Shown here in pieces: positions 35,996 to 49,065 of a stretch of DNA of 64,000 bases. A program made the position numbers and the translations under genes. Origin of the DNA: Lama guanicoe. Lineage: Eukaryota. Where the stretch lies: contig MU054117.1 of NCBI GenBank assembly GCA_013239625.1, forward strand, positions 3,834,677 to 3,898,676, given 5' to 3'. Within the stretch, counting starts at the first letter, position 1. The number at the start of each line of letters is the position of its first letter. The notes below the pieces were generated by a model. That model was not told the DNA's origin and did not search any database. It saw only the letters and a list, made by a program, of their open reading frames with translations.

Positions 35996-38299
35996 TGTTT
36001 GAAGGAAATCTCCTGTCATAAAACTTACTGGATTTACTGGGGCAGGGCGGGGGAGGAAGTCAAACCCTCTTAGCTTCTTAGGCAAGAGGGGCTTCGGCCC
36101 TCCTGCTGCGCTGCCCGTCAGCCGTACCGCTCACACGTGTGCGAAGCCTCTGAGAATGCTTTAAATGCGAATGCTCCTGGTCTGAGGAGACTGCAATACA
36201 ATTTGTAAAGACACACAGAGTAGCTCGTAAGTTTAAAGTCGCAGACGCATCATTGCCTTTGATGCTCGGGGTGGACCACTAGCGCCATCCAGACAAAGGA
36301 CCTGCAGTGTAGTTTGGTGAGAAGCTTGGAGTTTCAGAGGGATCCAGGAGCCTGTGTGCAAATGCAGTGTCTGCCCCTGGGAGGGAACCAGGCCCAGGGC
36401 AAATCTCCATCCACTGTCCAAGACATCTACACAGGGCACTGTCTGCTGGCACGGCGACACCTCTCTCCACCTCGGATGCGTGTTTGAAGGTAGGCTTTGC
36501 CTCCGCTAGAGAGAGGCCCTCTGTGTCCTGGCAACTCTGGAGAAGCCGGTGCTTGGCTGGATGTCAACTCACGTCGTGAGGATAAGCCCCACCTCAGGCG
36601 TCCTCTCTCTGGGGCTTCAGCACACCCAGGCCCTTTGTGGACCAGTTCTGGGGAGAGATGCTTGTGGCTCGGTTGTCCCTTTAAGCACGAGGAATGGCCT
36701 GAAATCCTCCGGCGTCATGAGATTCTCTTACGCCTGTTTCTCCTGAGCCGTAGGGAACACAGTGAGGATCACCATGATGTCAAGCAATAAAAACGCTCCC
36801 TTCTAAACGCCTCTGGAGTGTGTGTCCGTTGACTGCGTCCTGTGGATTTACTTTGTTCCTGGTAGGTTTCTTCCCCAGTGGAGGGGCTGTACCCCTGAGT
36901 TCCTGGGCAATACCTGGGCAGGCGCTCACACTCTCTGGTCTTGATCCCAGCCTCTCTGGGTTCAGAAAGGTCCAGAGCAAGATCCTCTTCTCTACTTCTT
37001 CACTGAGCTCCTGTGAGGACTAATTCAACTTCGAGCAGCGAGTTTAGATTGGCTGTTCTAATTAATGGAAAAGATCAGTGAGGTGTACAATCCAAGAAAG
37101 CGCCTCCTCCAGGAGCAGGCGCACAGGCTTGTGTCTTCAGTTTGAGGCTGGACATAGTGTGGGACACCAAAGACACAGAAGACATAGTTTTTGTCCCAAG
37201 AATTTACGAATCAAACTGCGAAGAGAATTACCCAAGGGATGTCAACAAAGTGCTAGGGCTCATTGTAGTTCATGTGTTTGTTTTTTTTTAACCAACAACT
37301 TGTACATCTAATGAGATATTATCTTGAAATAACTGTCTCGTAAAGTTATAATTCAATGGTGCGTCTATTGCTCCAGACATTTCAGGCATTCACTTTAGTT
37401 TGCTGATGAATGGGTTTGAAAGGGCGGATTTTGGCACGCACCTCTCCGTGCAGGGGATCTCGGCTCTGAGTCTTCCGCTGCGGAGGACAGGGGCTCGGGG
37501 TGACACCAGCGGGCCCAGTTATCAGCTGCCGGCTACTGAAAGAAACACCTGGATGCTTGGAGGTATCAGGTGATCTGGGGGGGAAATACAAAATGGAAAG
37601 GATTGGTTACAGGAGACAATGGGAGCAGAGGATCAAAGGGTCTAGGAGGCACCAGCAGGACGGGAGCAGGTGACACTCAGTGACACACACCCGGTGTCAT
37701 TTTCTAGCGGAGATTCCCGATTAGCCAGAGGAGCAGGAAACAGTTGGTAAGTGGCGAGCACTCGCTTTCTGTGCAAACTCTTGGCCCAGAAGCTCCGCAA
37801 CTCCTGGTTCCAGGGGGTGTGAGGCCAGACCCTTTTTTGCAAATGGACAAATCCCCAGCTAGGATCTAAACCTAAGGTGGCTAATATTTATTTTTCTGAT
37901 GGCCTGAATCCCTCCCCCTCTCCTTTATTCTTCCAAGAAAGGCTGCTCTTTAAAGATTTATCTGATCTAATTTCAAGAAAGTCCAGTCAACTCTTGATTT
38001 CCGCTTTGGATAAAAGCCTGGCTGGATGTTAATATCAGGCTGATCCCCCTTCAGCCGCCTTCTAGTCCACCCAACGGCCCACGTTTTTATAGCGCTACCG
38101 CCCTGCCGAGGTAAGACGCAAGCCATGAGTCACGTGTGACCTCCTCTCTCAAAGGCCTCACCCTCCAGTAGTGGAGACAAAGCCGTCATCCATGCAACGA
38201 CTGTCACACAAGGCGGAATGGCTTAACCACCAGTGGGAAGCTCCAAGAGCCGTGGCATTTTGAACTGAGAGAGGGCACCCATGCATGGGGGCTGCAAGG

Positions 38300-38560
38300 A
38301 ACACAGAGGCCATGAGGTGGGGTAAGAGCTCGAAGGCCTGGCAGACTCTTCCCAACCAGAAAGGGCATGGTGGCCTCTTGGGAGGCGATAGGGAGGCATG
38401 GGGTGAAGCTGACATGGACAATTTGAAAGTTTGGGAAGAGGGAGAAGGAAAGATGGCTCGGAAGGGTAGGGTGGGTCCAGAATTTGGAGGCTTTGAATGC
38501 TAGCTTAGGATTTTGTCAAAAGGTAGTGAGGAATCACGAAAAGCTTCCCAGCAGAGGAAG
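38300..38560 (-). mobile_element. L2 fragment
   Basis: 'ggaagggtagggtgggtccagaatttggaggctttgaatgctagcttaggattttg...gaggaatcacgaaaagcttcccagcagagg'. Confidence 0.6.
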
Positions 38561-39689
38561 GGTGTGCCCAGTGGTGGGTGTGGGGAGGGCATTCGGCGGG
38601 CGGCCGATCAGATGGGCTGGAGAAGAGGAAGCAGAAGAAAGTCATCGCCACACGTGGAGAGAGGAGGTGTGAGCCAGGTGGCCGCACTCTCGGGACGACG
38701 GAGGCAGTGGTGATGGGGGCGTGGCCCAGAAACCGCCTCTGTGTGGCATCTTCAGTGCAACCCCTGGGCTTCAGTACCTCCTGAAGCGGTGCTTTGCAGA
38801 TCCAAAGAGAATGGACCCTGGAGCTGTCTGTCTTCTGTCTCTGATTTTCTGCCTCAGTGACTGAGTTGGCAAAAACCACCAAATGCAGGAATCTAGGAAA
38901 TCCTTCTGCTTTCCTGGTGGGGGGCTGGGGGTCCTCTCAGACCAGACTCTGATTACTTAAACTACAGCCAGTTGGAAAGCGTGGGGTCCTGTTTTCGAAA
39001 ATATCAAATGTGCTCTTTCCTCAAGAGCGTAGAACTAGTTGTCAGGAGATTTGAGCTCAGAAATCAGAGCTGGAGGTAAAGATAGAAGGAAGGGAAGAGG
39101 AGGTAAGGAAAAATAGAAAAGGAATTTCTAGAAGAAAAAATATCACAGGTTAAAAAGATGGCCAGGCCCTTCAAACACTGGGTCCTGGACCACTGAGAAG
39201 CATGGAAGCAGCCCAGGGCCCAGAGCAGCCAGGACGACGGCATGTGCCAGGCAGTCTCCTCTGCCTGGTGACCTCCCAGTGGTGGACACACACGGTGAGA
39301 CTGGCGCTTCCACATGGAAAACAGGGTGTGCATGCGTCTCCCAAGCTTGTGGTCTCCCAAGCTTGCTGGGACCTCACTCCCCAGATTCTGATTATACAGA
39401 GTTCCAGGAAGCCTGCTGGAGTCTGTCCCAAGAAAGGCTCCTTCCTCCTGCTCCTGGGGGAGTTAAACTGTCCCCACTCCAAGGCAGTGACACGGGGGCC
39501 TGCCCATCACCAGGGACTTACTTACTACAACCTCTCCTCCAACCTGCAGGTCAAGGGTTATTCCAAAGCATGAATCATTCGACCCAGGAAGAGAGAATGA
39601 TCGATTTAATGCACTGGGTTTCTTCCTTTGTGCAGGATGAACATCTCTGTGCCTGGTACCTGGGCTGCAAGGTTTACACTTTTTAGAAA

Positions 39690-40010
39690 AACTGGTGCTA
39701 ACTGCCACATCAGACAAACCCCGTCATCAGCGGCTTAACATTAGTAAGTACATGTATTTCCCCCTAAGTCACAGTCTGATAACTGGGGGGTTCAAGAGGT
39801 TTCTCCTCTTGTAGCTGCACCATCTGGAACATGTGGCATCTAAGGCCAAAAAAAAAAAAAAGGAAAAATTCTATCTTTCTTCTGTGGAAGAGAGAGCTAG
39901 AGGATTTTGTAGGATGTTTTAAGGGCAGATCTCAAGTGGCTGATATCAATCACTGCCCACATTTCGTCAGCCAGAAGCCGCCAACCCAATACCACGGAGG
40001 CCGGGGGACA
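39690..40010 (-). mobile_element. Old MaLR LTR (MLT1J/K-like)
   Basis: 'atcagcggcttaaca', 'tcttgtagctgcaccatctggaacatgtggcatctaaggcc', 'aagtggctgatatcaatcactgcccacatttc'. Confidence 0.65.
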
Positions 40011-41319
40011 CGGAGGAGCACGTGGATGCTGGGTGCTACACGGCTTTTGCTCAAGGGCTCCCTAGTGGCCAGAGGGCGCCCGGGGGTCTGTAGGTCATGC
40101 TCACTGGCACCATCCCCACGTTGCCCTTGGAGTCCTCAAGTTCACTGCCACTGCACTGAGTCAGGAGAATGAGTGTGACTGTCCTGTCGAAGCCCCGCGT
40201 GGCAGAGCGATCTCTGCTGGCCCTGGACATGGGGTGAAGCTGAGAATGCTCTCCGGGGTCTGTGCTCTCGGCTTTGGTGGTGGGGGGAGGGCAAGCAGAG
40301 AGAGAGAGACAGGAACAGCAGGAGGCGAAGAACGCAAGGGCAGCTGACACGCTGCCTCACGGGGTCCCCAGATTCCAAGGCTGCATCACTGGCTTCCAGA
40401 ACACCCATGTGACCTCACTGGATTCCAGTCTCTATATTTGGTCGCCATCAGTGCCTATTACTGTAAATAATTGAAAGGAATATAATAGGGTGAGAATTAT
40501 TGTTGCCTCCCCCCTTTGCCTTTCATAAAATCTTTTTATATCAGAGGGGTCTGGCCCCAGCCACTCCTCCTTCTATAATTAGTCCTGGGAGCTGTGAGGA
40601 CTGAGATTTAGCTAATGACATCGCATGGTTCAATCTTGGGGTCCCTCAGGCCTTTTCATCTTTGCTGGAGCAAAGGACTGGGGCTGCAGGTGAACCTGGG
40701 TAATTTGCACTAATGATACGCACGTCTGTCGGTGGGTTCCTGAGTGTTACAAGTGAGCCAGGGAGGCCCCCAAGCCTGATGTGCCAATTAGAGGGCCTGC
40801 GCCAGCCTCCCAGCTCCACAAGCAGACGAGAATGGTCTGGGTTTCATTAGTCACGACTGTAGGCTTTCATTGTCCTATCATTTGTCATTCTGTCCTGTCT
40901 CCCTTGGCCGTCATTCTGCCACCCAGGCCTCTTGATGCAAAATATTCCCTGCATGAGATTCCCCCACGATTCTGGAAGCAGTGTAGACTGCAGGAGACCT
41001 TCAAGGGCGACGTGGAGGATTTGAAGCATGGGGTGTGAGGCAGGGGCACGCAGACAGGTGGCAGGCAACATCGCCCAGTGAGAGAAGAGTCGGAGAGGGT
41101 CTCAAGAATACCTTTGGAAATCGAGCCCAAGGACGCTGAGTGACTGGCAAGCCTGCCCTTTCCTGTCCGGCTCACACCCACCACCCTATCCCTTTCCTCT
41201 CCGGGATGTAGATCCTTTATCTTGGGTGCCAGCTGGTGCCCATCTCCCTGGCTCTCCACTTACTCTTCCCTTTGATGGAACGCCCTTCCCAGCCATGTCT
41301 TGATGAACGTCTGTTTATC

Positions 41320-41599
41320 CCTAAGACCCAGGGCACTATTTCTCGTCTTGGGAGTCTCCTGACTTCCGTGTCTCCTAGACTGAGTGGACTACTCCTCCCC
41401 TCGTGCTCTCACACCTTCATACGCTCAGTTTTGCTACACCGATAATCACACCGTGACATAGCAACTATCAGCTGTCTTTCTCCACCAAGCTATGAGCTTG
41501 AGCCCACGAGAGCCATCCTCCTCATCTTTGCATCCTCAGAGCCAGGGTGGTTGAGGCACACAGTAGAGACTCAACACATGTTTTCTGAGTGAATAAATG
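41320..41599 (+). mobile_element. L2 3' end
   Basis: 'ctatgagcttgag...tcatctttgcatcctcagagcc...ggcacacagtagagactcaacacatgttttctgagtgaataaatg'. Confidence 0.8.
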
Positions 41600-42239
41600 T
41601 ATTAAAAACGTTTACCCTTTCCCTCTGCACAGAGATAACTCTAAGACTGAGAAAGACGGCAAATGCGAAATGCCTGGGATGCCTTAGACTCCCGAGGGGG
41701 CCCTAATCAAATATTATTTTGAGACTTCAAGCTTCCATTTGTCCCAATCTCCCAAGTAAAGATGATGAGGCCGGGCAATTGCTGTTCCATGCAAGGCCCT
41801 CTCTCTTCTCCTCTCCTGGCTGCGCCGGATCAGAAGGTGGGGCCAGACTCTCACTGCCGGGGTGTTCGCGGGGCTGCTGCAAAAGGACACGGCCTCCGCG
41901 GCCGGGCAGCGCCGGGGCCAGAGCGAACCTCCACCTCGTCCCTAAGCCACTGTGCTGGATATTAATAGTCCCGGGCAGAGCGGTCTGTGTGGGCAAGTGC
42001 TGCTTTTTCTGAGCTGTGCAAGCCCCCATCTCCCAGAGACAAAGCGCGCCACAAATAACAGCAGCATGTTCTGAATTCCTCCAGGCAGGGTGCCCCGGGC
42101 TTCACTCGCAGGGCCAGGAGGAGCCGGGCTCCGGACCGAGCCACCAGCCCCAGCCGCTCGTGGCAGCCCAGGGCCCAGGGTGGGGGGCTTGTCTGGGGGC
42201 TGGAGTAGAAAGAGCCTGGGTAGGTGGGGAAGGTTGGCA

Positions 42240-42400
42240 CTCCTGGATTTAGGTCCTGGCTCTCCAAGGAGTCAGCTGGGGACCTCAAACAAATCACGGA
42301 CGTTTCGTAAGGTTCAATTTCTTCTTCATCTGGATTAAAGTTCTGCTTACTTCATGGTACTGTGATGAGCAAATGAAAGGGTACTTGTGAAAGGCATTTA
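42240..42400 (+). mobile_element. MIR SINE (degenerate)
   Basis: 'cctggatttaggtcctggctct', 'cagctggggacctcaaacaaatcac', 'acttcatggtactgtgatgagcaaatga'. Confidence 0.65.
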
Positions 42401-42824
42401 TCGATTGCAGAATAATGCATCGATGCAAGGGCAAGTGAGGAGGAGGCGGGTGCTGATGGGGGTGACGATAGCCACCTGTTAGAGAGCACATCCTGGAAAA
42501 AAGACCATGGGACATCTTCATAAGGGCGAGCTCTGGGCCTCACTGACGAATAAGGGTCTGCGTGCTCAGTGCCCTCCCACCCTCTGAGCGGCCAAAGGGC
42601 AGACTTCCCCGAACCCAGAGAACCCACCCACCCTTGGCAGAAGCTTTATCTTCTCTGGAGAATCTTTCGCACACCCTCTACACGCAGCATTTTTGACTAG
42701 CAAACTCCTCCTTTTTCTCCAAAGATTAAATCAAAAGAAATTGGGGAAACACTTTGATAAAGTGGATCACTCGGTGCTCCCTGTCATCCTCTCTGTGCCT
42801 GTTGGACCAGCCTGACACCTGTCC

Positions 42825-42972
42825 CACTTTCCAGGTGTGACCTTGGGCAAGGACTTCATCTCCATGTGCCTCCGTTCCCTCACTGGGGTGCGGTCCGGAT
42901 AATAATGATGTCTTTCTAGGACGGTGACAAGAGCGCCTGGCGTGTGGTAAGAGCCCAGGCAATGCTGGCTGT
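42825..42972 (+). mobile_element. MIR SINE
   Basis: 'gtgtgaccttgggcaaggacttcatctccatgtgcctccgttccctca', 'agcgcctggcgtgtggtaagagc'. Confidence 0.8.
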
Positions 42973-43412
42973 GTGGACTTTCCCCCAGGACCTGACTGGA
43001 TTTCTTCTGATCGCCTTTGAAGAGATCCCGTGTTGCTTTTTTGCAGTGGAGTCCTTCAGAGTGACAGAAGCCCCCTGACTACACAGAACACCAAGAGAAA
43101 TGGGAAGGAGGCCCCCCGCCAGCCCCCAAAGATGAGCATCCCCACTCTGCGCGACATGAAGCAGCCGGACCCAGCGGCCCGTGGCTCTTCCTCTGGTCCG
43201 TGTTGGCTGGATCTGACGCCAGTGGGGGAGGTCTCCAGCAGGGCTGAAGCAACAGAGGTGCGCCATCTCACAGTCCTGCAGGAGGCAAACCCAGGGCCCT
43301 GCTCTCTCTGAAGTCAGCCGGGAAGCATGATTCCAGGGCTCAGCTCCTGGGAGTTCCCTGGCTTTTGAGAGCTTAGCTCTATAGTCTTCTCATGCATTTT
43401 CCTTGATTCTTA

Positions 43413-43580
43413 TCTCCCTGTGTCCAAATGTCCCCTTTTATAAGGACACCAGCCGTACTGGACTAGGGCCCATCCTAAAGACCTCATTATGACTTGATCA
43501 CCTCTGTAAAGACCCTGCCTCCAAACAGTGCCACACTCTGAACTTCTGGAGCTTTTAGGGGCATGATCTAGCCCACACCA
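43413..43580 (-). mobile_element. MaLR LTR fragment (MLT1B/C-like)
   Basis: 'ccccttttataaggacaccagccgtactggactagggcccatcctaaagacctcattatgacttgatcacctctgtaaagaccctg'. Confidence 0.85.
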
Positions 43581-46382
43581 GGCATGCTGTCCCCCAGAAC
43601 TCCATCCTGGCATGAAAGGACCTTACAAACAGGGTGGATGGTCTCCCATTTTTTTTGGCAAAGAAACTGAGTACGAAGAAGAGAATGAAAGAAAAAAGAA
43701 GCACGAAGCCTCAGGTCTGCTGACTGACTTCCCAGACAGAGACCCCTCCCTCAGGGCCGGGTCTCAGCTCTGCTCCCCAGAGCAACCGCATCTGAGCCCC
43801 TGAGAGGCTGGGTAGACCTCAGGTCCCTCCCATCTCACCCTGCTCCTGGGGAGTCAGAAACTGTGGGGACGGGACTTAAGTATCTGTTGAGCAGACTCGC
43901 CAGCCAGCTTCCTGCTCACGAACGTCCCAGAGCTTTCCTGAGGTGCAGAGCTGGTGGGCCTGGGTGTATCTGTGGCAGAGACTTGAAATCAAAGTGGAAC
44001 TGGGAAGACGGAAGTCAGCCCGATGGAGGCCAGCATCTGGTGGTGTGAGAAGCCGGGTTCAGGCCTCGCAAAGCCCTGCTGTTTTCCACTGCCGCATTTT
44101 CCTGGCGGCTTAGGCGGGACAGATGTATGCAGTGACTGTGACCACACACTTAAGCTGAGGTTGGAAGAGTCGGGGGTTTTAGGAGGGGACTCCCGCATAG
44201 GATCCCTCTGAACCACAGCTTTTGGGGGGACCCCGGAGCTCCAGACAGATTGTAAGGACACTAGAGTGCATCACGGGAGCCGACAGTCCCAATACGAGGG
44301 TTTTACTCTGAAAGTTACCCTTTATGTCACCACCAGCAAAATAGGAATGAAAATGTCTTACCACGTACGAGGAAGAACCAATCCAAATGAATGGTTCTGC
44401 GGAGTACAGATAAGGGCGCTCACGCAGGCTCAGGTGTCTGCGCCAGAAAAGCAAGCAGGGCGGGTGGCTATCTGGGTCTAGATGAAACAAGGCAAGGCTG
44501 GCTTCTTCTGCTTCTCCGAGACCCAGAGCAACAAAGCATCTTCAAGGGACGCCCTCTCCATCTCTTATGGAGAGACTTTCGGTTTTCAGGACCAGAGCAG
44601 GGGAGGATGAGCTGGTGCAGTCAACCATGCAAGATTTCTCCTCTGTCGTTGTCGAGGCTCCCAGTTCCCGACGGAGAGATGTGCTCCGTCCACTGAGAAA
44701 CAGCATGATGGATGAACAAGGCAATAGCTGGCAGAACCAGGTGGGACTCCGCGGACGCATTCAGAACTTCTGTTTCAAAAGTGATTTGTGGATGTGGGAT
44801 AATCCGGGACAAACGGTAAACCAAGGACAAATCGCATCAGCTCTGCGAGGCTGCATCCTCTGCTTTTTTGTGTGTCCGCTTGCTTCTTTTGGTTTGGGAG
44901 GAGTGGTCGAAAAATTAACTTCTGTGTAATGACACGTGGTTTTTCAATGCAGAATAGGGGCTCGAAGCTTCTTTGGAGGAGCCATGGATGGATTACCCAC
45001 GCGAGCGTGGCGCGGAGGAGCTGCCCGCATCCGTGCCGAGCTGGGCCACGGTGGGCACCGAGCGGTGCTGGAATCTCTGAAGAAACGGCCTCCGCATGTC
45101 TTCTCTGGATTTGACTGCTTCATGATACCGGACACGTGCCGTGTTTTCTGTTGTCAAAGGGGTGGAGAGTGACACATTGATACCAATGGCTGCGTGGGAT
45201 TGTTTTTGTTTCAACTGGAAGCGGCCATTAGCGTCATAAGCAAAAATTTTTTTAAAATACCAGGAGAAATCCCAGAGTAAGTCCTGATTTATGTATGCAC
45301 TGCAGTTTTCTCAAAGACACACCGTGGATTTCCCATATAATTTCCACTTATAAAATAAAAGAGAGGGACATAGTCGGTATTACCACTATTTTATAGGCAG
45401 GCAAATCAAAGTCCCATTTCTTGCTGCTTAGACCCATCGAAACAGAAATAGAGCTGCATTCTCTAGCATCCGCGTCCGCCTTCCCAGGTCCTAGGTTCCA
45501 GCTGCAGGATAAGCTGTAACAAGGAGGAGGTTCAGCCAGAAGCAGTTTCCAAATCTGAGCAGTTTGGGACCCTGACTAAGGGAAGGTTATTCTATCGTTT
45601 TATTGTTACTATTGTTACTTTAAAGGCTGTGATTACCAGGCGAGGGGACACTCACGTCTCTAGATTAGGGGAGCTGGAGCCCAGCGGTGCGGGGTGGGTG
45701 AGGCCCGGGTCAGATGACCTCAGTGATCGCTGGGATTCCGCTCCTCCGCCATCCAGAATACAGAACCACACAGACCTGTGACTGCAGCCCCCTCGGAACG
45801 CTGGCCGTTAATGTGATGAATCGCACTAATGCCCGTAGTCTTGTTTAGAACAGGGCCAAGCAGGGTGATGGATTGTCATCACTATCAGTGGCGCTATTCA
45901 CAATTAGTAGTAATTGCATGCTCATCTTCGGAGATCTTTTGGAGGTCACTGAATCACACCACTTAAGAATTCATCCCTTCTGCTGTCTCCTCTCTTTTTT
46001 TTTTCCTCCATCCTCACCCCATGCCTTGGAAGGAAGGAGAAGACAATTAATATTAATCAGGTCATTATGTTTCATTGAGATTTATGAAATGAATTGTTCA
46101 AGTACATGGTCACGTGTGATCCGTCAGCATCTTTGATATTCCATGGTAGGCATATGCTTAACTCTTAGGGGTCCAGAGAATTCTTGGCCATTAACATCCT
46201 ACTTCTGAAATACACAAGATCTTCAAGCAGGAACCATTCTTTGGAAAGACATACAGACCCCTTATCCCAGAAGGGTGAAATGGACCTCACCTAGGGTTAT
46301 ATGGTGCATATGTGGATGAACCAGACCTCCAATTCTGAACTCTGGGTCGCCAAGCCAGTGTTCTTCCTGGAACACCCACATC

Positions 46383-47029
46383 TCCTAATCAGATAGATGT
46401 TTTGCAAATATGTTCTCCAGTTCCATAGGCTGGCTTTCCATTTTGTTGATGGCGTCCTTTGCTGTGCAGAAGATTTTTAGTTTGATGTCATCCCACTTGC
46501 TTATTTTTCTTTTGTCACCTTTGCTTTTGGTGTCAAATCTAAAATATCATTCTTAGGACTGAAGTCAAGGAGCTTACCCCTTACGTTTTCTTCCAGGAGT
46601 TTTATGGCTTGAGGTCTTGCATGTAAGTCTAATCCATCTTGAGTTGATTTTTGTGCATACTGTAAGATAGGGGTTCGGTTTTATTTTTTTGTACACGACT
46701 GTCCAGTTTTCCCAACACCATGTGTGTAAGAAATATCCTTTCCTCATTCTGTATTCTTGATTTCTTTGTCATAAATTAATTGACCATATGTGCATGGATT
46801 TTTTTTTTCTGGGTTCTCTATTCTGTTCCTTTGCGCTGTGTGTCTGCTTTTATGCCAATGCCACACTGTTTTGATTACTACAGCTTTGTAACATAGCTTG
46901 AAATCAGGAAATGTGTTACCTCCAGCTTTATTCTTCTTTCTCAAGATTGCTTTCATTATCAGGTGTCTTTTGTGACTTCACACACATTTTAGGATCATTT
47001 TTTCTATTTCTGTTAAAAATGCCATTGGA
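46383..47029 (-). mobile_element. L1 ORF2 C-terminal remnant (disrupted)
   Basis: ORF 46744-46956 ([35 protein letters not shown]...) matches the L1 ORF2p segment [32 protein letters not shown]; flanks carry stops/frameshifts. Confidence 0.95.
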
Positions 47030-47954
47030 CAGGCTGTTCTCAGTGAGCCTCAGGAAGGTCTGCCTCTGCCCAGATGGAGAGCATCTCCCCCGTCACTGTT
47101 GGGAGCACCACTACTGATGTCTCCTGTTGTCAACCCAAGAGCATGTTTCCTCCATTCAGTTCCAACAACGAGTCTGCATTCTTGCTCCCATAGACCCAAC
47201 GGTGGCTCTATCTCTTGGCTTTTTCCAAGTTAGGCTTCACAACCTTCAAGCCACTTCTATGACTTTTCTCAGTATTCCTCCTTTGCCATCCCTGTAAAGG
47301 GCCCCCCTGCATGTATGTATATGATGATACATGAAATGAAGACACTGAATAGCCCAGGAGCTTTAAGAGCAGGGGCCATCGATGTGCACTGCATCACCTG
47401 ACTCCAATTCCAGCTCCTATCCTGCCTTTTGGAGAGACTGACCTCTGCCTGAATCCAAAAACCTCCTCGTGCAGGTTCCCATGGGTCAGAAAGGAATTCT
47501 TAAGATCCACTGGGACTTTGCTACTTGAAGGGAGTCAGCGGCCACTGTGTCTGTGCTGTGAACCTAGGGTCTTCCTCTCGTTTGATGGGGCATTTCGACA
47601 GCACCTGAACGAGGCGTTGGTCTCTGGAGGAGCAGAGGCACACAGATACGTGGACGGCCCAGATGAGAGCATCTTCCTAGGCACACGGAGAATGTGTGGC
47701 ACGTAAAGGGCCTGGTGGAGGGCGTCAGGCATCGAGGGAGGATTCAGGAAGGCCGTGTCGGGGAAGCTAGGGAGGAGGAATGCGTAACTCTGCCCACTTC
47801 CAATGCTCAGAAAAGAATGAAAGGTTGCTGAAGAATGTGCTGAAGAATGTGGAAAAACCATGGTGCCATCTGTGGGTGATTCTTGCTCTTGGGTGCAGTT
47901 AAACAAGCTGTCAGAAAGGAATACGTGAGAATGGAGCTACAGAAAGCAAGGGTG

Positions 47955-48145
47955 ATTGGCTGTGTGACCTTGGGCAAGCCGCCTCCCCTCTCTGGGCCTC
48001 AATTGCTTTGTCATTAATATAAGTGCAGGAAGGGGTGAAGCCGAAGCTCCTTGATCTCTCAGCTTCCTTAGAACTCAAAAATTCCAAGATCCCTGAGCCT
48101 AGATAGTCTCTGATGCACCTTGAACTCCAAAATTCTGTAACTCTC
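47955..48145 (+). mobile_element. MIR3/MIR-like SINE fragment
   Basis: Core 'gctgtgtgaccttgggcaagccgcctcccctctctgggcctca' and tail 'ctagatagtctctgatgcaccttgaactccaaaattctgt'. Confidence 0.65.
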
Positions 48146-48577
48146 TGATATTCTTCTCGAGAGCACTTTTAAATAAGTCCTTGTGTCTGGAGAGACGGCT
48201 GCCCTGGACGTCTGCATGCTCCTGGGGAGCAAACTAAATGCTTCACTCTGTGCACTGTCACTACTCTGATCTGCACTGAGGACCACGTGGGAGGGCAGCC
48301 GGGGTGAAGCTGGTCCGCTCCATCCACGGCATCCGGGCCAAGATGTTCTCCTCCTGCCGCTCCACCTTCCTCTCTAACTGCTCCCCTCTTCCTTTCCTTG
48401 GCCCTTCCTTACTGCATGGCCACCCTATGCCAGGTCCCAGGAGGCACGGGGACGATGAAGGGGAGAAGGTGTGTAGACGTTAGACCAGGAAGCAAATGCC
48501 GGGAGAGCTGCTTCCTTCCACCTTTCTCCTACTCCTGTTCTCCTAACCAGATGTTCCTCAAAAAGCTGGCGCCAGTC

Positions 48578-49050
48578 TCATTCATTCCACCAGCATCCAG
48601 TGAACATTTACTAGGTGCTGGGCGTCGTGCCGGGAGCAGGGAACTCGGGAGACGGATGACCTCGTCTGTATTCTCTCAACTAATCAATCAGCCTTCTGTA
48701 AAGTGCTTCGGCAGAGCCTGTGGGGAAGACGGACAACGAAACAAGATGGGGCAGTAACCATAGTCGTCCTGCAGTGTGACACCGGCTGGAACAGACCAGC
48801 AGATATGCAGAGGGTGGCGGGGGCGTCCAGAGACGGGGCAGTGGACTCTGCTCTGGTGGATTAAGGGAAGTTGGTTTGCGTATTGGGGGAGCAACAGGTG
48901 AAGGGGTGGGTGACACAGAGGAGTGTGCAGGGCTCAGCCCACGGGGAGGTCAGGTTAGGGTGTGAGGGACTTGCAACTTAAGCCCGTGGACAGCGGGGAG
49001 ACTGAGGCGGTGGGGAGGCTTATGCAAGGAATAAGCAGGTGACACTGGCA
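48578..49050 (-). mobile_element. L2 3' end fragments
   Basis: 'tcattcattc...gaacatttactaggtgct..gtgcc' is the inverted L2 terminus; degenerate L2 continues rightward. Confidence 0.6.
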
Positions 49051-49065
49051 TCTCAACTCTGTGAG

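Noticed and set aside
39336..39365. Short direct repeats (also 47827-47850 and 49441-49466) as an array or CRISPR-like structure
   Set aside because: Two-copy 9-14 bp local duplications with no regular spacers; typical slippage products.
46701..46714. 14-nt identity to the 5' end of miR-145-5p
   Set aside because: Lies within an L1 ORF2 remnant; the rest of the miRNA and hairpin are absent.
48578..48599. Partial resemblance to miR-205
   Set aside because: It is the inverted (TGAA)n tail of an L2; seed mismatch and no hairpin.
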